Below, piece after piece: positions 59,376 to 64,000 of a stretch of 64,000 nucleotides of DNA (position 1 is its first letter; every line of letters begins with the position of its first letter). The notes beneath the pieces were generated by a model. It had not been told where the DNA came from, did no database searches, and saw only the letters and a program-made list of their open reading frames with translations. Source of the stretch: Candidatus Eiseniibacteriota bacterium (GTDB lineage: Bacteria; Eisenbacteria; RBG-16-71-46; JABDJR01); NCBI GenBank assembly GCA_963762255.1, contig CAVXKA010000002.1, forward strand, positions 160,001 through 224,000. Reading direction: 5' to 3'. Position numbers and translations under genes: made by a program.

Positions 59376-60403
59376 GGGTTCGACCCGCAGATCGCGACCA
59401 GCGCCTCCTCGACGACGACCCGCGAGTTCTTCCCCGTCGACTTCAGAGTCCGGTCGGCCCCCGCCAGAGCGAGGAGACCGCGCCCCAAGGCGTCCCGCGT
59501 GAACTTCGGCAGAGCGGCCTCCACCAATGCCCAGCGTTTCTCCCACATTTTGAGAGCCGCGCGCACCTCGCCGGTCCGGAGGCCGCTGTCCACGAGATCC
59601 CGCGCGCGGGCCACGTCCTGAAGGAGGTGCGTGAGGTTGGCAATGATGCGCACCTCGGTGTTGTCGCGGAATAGCAAGGCGCCGTCCAGGGCGCGCAGCG
59701 CCCCGGAGAGATCGCGCGCGGCCGCGCTCCCGGAAATGGCGTAGAGCAGGTTCTCGTCCGCCCGGCGGCCGATCACGCCGAGGTCGTCCTCGGTGATCGT
59801 GTCGCGCGACCCCACCGCCATCGCCGTCTTCTCGATCTCCGGGGCGATCTCGCGCAGGGATACGCGCTCTCCCGCGCCCGCACCGCAGAGATCGATCAGA
59901 GCCTGGGCGGTCGCGTCGTCACAGCGCTTGCCGAGGTCTCGGAAACGGATCTGGATCCACTTGCGCGTATCGGATTCGAAGGGGATCCAGAAGATAGCCG
60001 GCTCCGCCCCCGCGTTGACGAGCCGCTGACAGAAGCTGTCTCGCAGGTTCGCATCCGCGCTCAGCACCAGAGCCGTCTCCGGGCACGGTCGGGCCACATA
60101 GGCAAGGAGGCGATCCCGGTCCCCTCGGTTGAGGCCATCCACATCGCGAAGATGAATCGCGCGCCGCGCGGAGAACATGGGCAGCGTTTGGCACGCGATC
60201 AGAATCGCGTCGATCCCGTCATCCCCTCCCCGGAATCGATTGACGTTGAGGGAGGCCATCGCCTCGTCCACCAGCTTCGCAGCGAGGATGCGGAACAGCT
60301 CGTCCTTGAGATAGTCCTCGGGGCCGGCCCATAACCAGACCGGCGGGATGCTCCCCCGCTCGACGGCGCGGCGAACCTCGAGCGATCCGGCGTCCTTCCC
60401 CAC
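59372..60403 (-). CDS. holA: DNA polymerase III subunit delta
   Basis: GPEDYL, CQTLPMFS, EIEK and ADRTLKST; lies directly downstream of lptE. Confidence 0.85.
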   Translation of the reverse strand: MGKDAGSLEVRRAVERGSIPPVWLWAGPEDYLKDELFRILAAKLVDEAMASLNVNRFRGGDDGIDAILIACQTLPMFSARRAIHLRDVDGLNRGDRDRLLAYVARPCPETALVLSADANLRDSFCQRLVNAGAEPAIFWIPFESDTRKWIQIRFRDLGKRCDDATAQALIDLCGAGAGERVSLREIAPEIEKTAMAVGSRDTITEDDLGVIGRRADENLLYAISGSAAARDLSGALRALDGALLFRDNTEVRIIANLTHLLQDVARARDLVDSGLRTGEVRAALKMWEKRWALVEAALPKFTRDALGRGLLALAGADRTLKSTGKNSRVVVEEALVAICGSNP

Positions 60404-60922
60404 TACCACCCCTCTACGGTGCGCGACAGCGCGAAATCCACGATCTGCTTGATGGCGAGTACGCGGGCGCCCTCTTCGGTGGTCACGGTCTGGCCCGCGC
60501 CACCCACGTAGTAGGAGGCTACGCCGCGCACGTTCTCCTCGCTCCAGAGGTCTTTCCCCTTCACCCGGTCGCGCAGGGTCATCTTGACCACCATGAGCAC
60601 GATGTACTCCTGCGCCTGCTGCTCCGCGTTGAATCCGAACACACGGTTCTCGTAGCCGGTGATGTCGGCCTCGAGCACCGCGTCGGCGTCCTTCTGGACG
60701 ACGCGAAGTTGGTTGTTGGCCACGAAGCGGTCCGTGAGGGCGCCGGTCAGGTCCTCGGTGAGGGCCACCTCGAGCGTCTGGTTCTCCACCACCGGGATCT
60801 GGAGGGACTTGAGGTGGCTCGGAAGCGACGGGTTGAACGTGTAGGCGCAGCCGGCGAGGATCTAGCGCGCCGGCAAGGATGGCGGATCGGGTGGATGTGA
60901 TGGCGCCGATGATGCGTCGCAT
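60403..60922 (-). CDS. lptE: LptE-family LPS assembly lipoprotein (apparent +1 frameshift near 60862)
   Basis: Removing one base gives MRRII...ILAGC-AYTF lipobox joined to IPVVENQT...DADAVLEADITGY...EGW. Confidence 0.75.
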
Positions 60923-60928
60923 GCGGCA

Positions 60929-60957
60929 AGGCTACGGCATGCGGCGCGGTGGGGCAA
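60929..60957 (-). promoter_or_regulatory. Putative sigma70 promoter for leaderless lptE
   Basis: Minus strand reads TTGCCC-17 nt-TAGCCT-6 nt-ATG. Confidence 0.55.
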
Positions 60958-60963
60958 GCGCCC

Positions 60964-62392
60964 CTACGCCGCCTGCCGCTTCCCCGGACGATTCATGTTG
61001 TAGAGCTTCATCCGGTACCTGAGCTTGTCGCGCTTCAAGCGCAAGAGATCCGCGGTACGGCTCTGGTTCCACCCGGTGAGGTCGGACGCTTTGATGATGA
61101 GGAGTTGTTCGATCTCGGCGAGGAGATCCTCGAACGCGATCCCCTCGGGGGGCATCCCCGCATCCTCCAGAATCTGCTCGAGCCGCGCCACCGGGGAATC
61201 GGTGTCCCTCGTGGTGCGCCCGCTCCCCAGCTTGAGCATCTCGGCTTCCACCCGCGTCCCGTTCTCGAGCAGCACCGTGCGCTCCATCAGGTTCTTGAGC
61301 TCGCGGATGTTACCCGGCCAGGGGTAGTTGAGCAGCGCCTGCTCCGCCTCGGGGCTGAATCCCTGGAACGGCTTCGTGAACTGATGCGAGAACGCGTACA
61401 GGAAATGCTTGGCCAATGCCAGGATGTCTTCGCGCCGCTCACGCAGCGGCGGCACCCGCAGCGGCACCACCTTGAGGCGATAGTAGAGGTCCTCGCGGAA
61501 CCGTCCCTCCTCGCACATCTTCTGCAGATCCTGGTTGGTCGCGCTGATGATGCGCACCGAGACGGTGATGTCCTTGGTGCCGCCGACCCGCCGGAAGGTC
61601 ATGCGCTCGAGCACGCGCAGCAGCTTCACCTGGATCTGGAGGCTCATCTCCCCCACCTCGTCCAGGAAGAGCGTGCCGCCGTTGGCCATCTCGAGGAGCC
61701 CCTGCTTCTGCGTGCGCGCGTCGGTGAAGGCCCCCTTCTCGTGCCCGAAGAGTTCGCTCTCCAGGAGTTCCTCGGGGATGGCCGCGCAGTTGATCTCCAG
61801 GAACGGCTTGTCGCGCCGGCTGGAGAGATCGTGGATCATGTTGGCGAGGAGTTCCTTGCCTGTCCCGCTCTCCCCCGTGATGAGGACGCTGGTGGAGTCG
61901 GAGGTGGCCACCTGCTCGACCGTCTCGTAGACCTCGCGCATGCGCGGGCTCTCGCCCCGCACGAGGTCGCGCGAGAAGCGGTCGGACTGCTGCCGCCGGA
62001 GATGGTGGAGTTCCCGCCAGAGCTTGCGGCTCTCCAACGCCTTCTCCACCGTGATGAAGAGCTGCTCCAGGTTGATCGGCTTGTTGATGTAGTCGAACGC
62101 GCCCAGCTTCATCGCCCGCACCGCCGACTCCACGTCGCCGAAGGCGGTCATGATGATGACCTGCAGATCGGCGTCGTCCTCCTTGAGCTTCTTCAGCACG
62201 TCGAGACCGTGCATGTCGGGCAGCCGCAGGTCGAGGAGCACGAGGTCAGGGCTCCTGTCGCGCCACGACCTGGAGGCCCTCGCGGCCCTCCCCGGCTGTG
62301 GACACCTGGTAGCCCTCGTCCAGCATCGCCTTCTCGATGAAGTGGCGGATCGACTCCTGGTCATCTACGATGAGTATGTGCGCGTTAGTCAT
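60964..62392 (-). CDS. NtrC-family sigma54-dependent response regulator (apparent +1 frameshift near 62255)
   Basis: N-terminus MTNAHILIVDDQ; DLVLLDL, GESGTGKE, GAFTDA, DLYYRL and HTH. Confidence 0.9.
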
Positions 62393-64000
62393 CCGTTAGT
62401 CTCCATCGTTTCCATGGGATCGAGCGGCAATTTGACCGTAAATACGGCGCCGCCTCCGTGAGCCGTGGCGGCATGAAGTTCGCCGCCGTGGCGCTCCACA
62501 ATGCCGTGGCTCACATACAGTCCGAGTCCGGTTCCGTTGGCCTTGCCCTTGGTGTAGAACGGTTCGAAGATGTGCGGCAGGTCGTCCGCTCCGATTCCAG
62601 GCCCGGTGTCGAGCACCTGGAACACCATCTTCGGGGGCTCTTCGGCCGGCGCTGCGTAGGCCACGACCCTTACTTCCCCTCCCGTCGGGGTGGCCTCCAC
62701 AGCGTTCTTGAGCAGGTTGAGAAGCACCTGTTGAATCTGATCGGGGTCCACCGGAACCGGAGGCAGACCCTCGGGCATGTCGATCGCGATCTCCACCCCG
62801 CGCTCCGCCGGGAGCGTTCCGAGGGAGCGCAGCGCCCGGCGCAGCATCATGACCGGAAGCTCCGGGCTCTTGCGCAGCGGATGCGGGTGGGTGACGCGGA
62901 AGAGATCCTCGACGATGCGGTCGAGGCGTGAAATCTCGCGCTGGATGAACTCGATGTTCTCGTGCTGGGAGGGATCGTCGGAGAGGTGGCGCTCCAGGTA
63001 CTGAACGCCGGTCCCGATCCCGGTCAGGGGATTGCGGATCTCATGGGCGATGCCGGCGGTGAAGCGGCCGAGCGCGGCCAGGCGATCCAGCGCGCGGATC
63101 CGCTCCTCCATCTCCTTGATCTCGGTGAGGTCGTCGAATACCGCCACCGCGCCGTACACCTCACCCATCGGGTTGCGCAGAAGCGTTGTCGTGCAGGCCG
63201 CCGGGAACGCGGTGCCGTCGGATCGGCGGATCGCGCGCTCCACGCGCCGGATGCCCCGCCGCGTGCGCAGGGTCTTGCGCAGAAGATCGGTGATCGAGCC
63301 GCCGGGCGGATCGAGGCAGGTCGTCTCGGCGCCCCGCAGCTCCGCGAGCGTGTAGCCCGTGAGACGTTCCGCCGCGGCGTTGAGCGTCAGGACCTGCCCG
63401 GAGAGATCGACGGCGACCAGCCCCGAGACCATGCTGCGCATGATGTCCTTGCGGAACGCCTCTTCGCGCCGGATGTCCTCTTCGAGGAGGACGTTTTCCA
63501 TCGCGGTTCCCACCGCCTCCACCACCGACTCGAGAATGCCGCTCTCCAAACCTCCCAGAACGTCGTTGCCCTTGCTGCGTCCCACGACCAGCACACCCAC
63601 GACCTTGCGGAGCTTCTGCCCGCGCCCGCTCAACGGGTAGATGACGTACGGGCCGAGTTCGTCGGCGGAGAAGGGGCGCAGCTCCTGGGGCAGATCCTCG
63701 TCGGAGAGGAACGGCAGATCGCGCCGCGCGTGCACCGCTCGGATCGCGCTTCCCCCGTCCAGCGCCCGCCGCAGAGCGCCGTCCCAGGAACCCTGGAGCA
63801 CGAAGGGGCGACAATGGCTGCCGCCGTTGCGCACCGCGATCCAGCCTTCGAGCTGCTCGCGCGAGCGATCGAAGACGCCCACGAGCACGCGCTCGTGATC
63901 GAAAGCCTTGTGAAGGTAGAGGGTGACCGTCTCCGCGACTTCTTCCGGGGTGCGCAAGCTCAAGAGACGCGCCACCAACTCGCGCAGCGAGAGGAGCTGG
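62389..64000 (-). CDS. GAF-PAS sensor histidine kinase (5' truncated by window edge)
   Basis: AHEIRNPL, NLLKNA, DTGPG, FEPFYT and GTGLGL; ATGA overlap with the regulator. Confidence 0.9.
   Translation of the reverse strand, partial: QLLSLRELVARLLSLRTPEEVAETVTLYLHKAFDHERVLVGVFDRSREQLEGWIAVRNGGSHCRPFVLQGSWDGALRRALDGGSAIRAVHARRDLPFLSDEDLPQELRPFSADELGPYVIYPLSGRGQKLRKVVGVLVVGRSKGNDVLGGLESGILESVVEAVGTAMENVLLEEDIRREEAFRKDIMRSMVSGLVAVDLSGQVLTLNAAAERLTGYTLAELRGAETTCLDPPGGSITDLLRKTLRTRRGIRRVERAIRRSDGTAFPAACTTTLLRNPMGEVYGAVAVFDDLTEIKEMEERIRALDRLAALGRFTAGIAHEIRNPLTGIGTGVQYLERHLSDDPSQHENIEFIQREISRLDRIVEDLFRVTHPHPLRKSPELPVMMLRRALRSLGTLPAERGVEIAIDMPEGLPPVPVDPDQIQQVLLNLLKNAVEATPTGGEVRVVAYAAPAEEPPKMVFQVLDTGPGIGADDLPHIFEPFYTKGKANGTGLGLYVSHGIVERHGGELHAATAHGGGAVFTVKLPLDPMETMETNG

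Overview
High-GC bacterial chromosomal segment made mostly of housekeeping genes. Three secreted proteins ending in FlgD-Ig/CTD-like domains, a PorV-family barrel, bacillithiol genes and lptE suggest a diderm FCB-group organism (Eisenbacteria-like; inferred). Gene order: bshC(partial)-bshB1-bshA, pgeF, GT-C/TPR, PAP2, M6 protease, beta-propeller, sppA, PilZ, PorV, glgD-like/glgC, mltD-like, BON/TPR/PEGA, PHP hydrolase, comEC, purN-purC-purH-guaA, second M6 protease, Slt, PQQ-propeller, secA, xerC, argF, dapA, rpsT, hybrid kinase, uvrC, xerD, OMP, SNF2 plus partner, pseudo-peptidase, TPR. A clear dif site at 55649-55676 marks the switch in gene orientation (replication terminus). After it, on the minus strand, come leuS, Trx-TPR, holA, lptE, an NtrC-type regulator and a kinase. 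The most unusual signals are: (1) a candidate sigma54-driven ~165-nt RNA that looks like a 6S RNA lacking its apical half; (2) a long structured leader before the PilZ-PorV-glgD-glgC genes; (3) a SNF2 ATPase carrying a PcrA-type Tudor domain, near uvrC; (4) a secreted gluzincin homologue with no zinc ligands; (5) several apparently leaderless genes. Four single-base frameshifts between 56 and 62.3 kb are probably assembly errors. All calls come from reading motifs by eye; no database searches were run.
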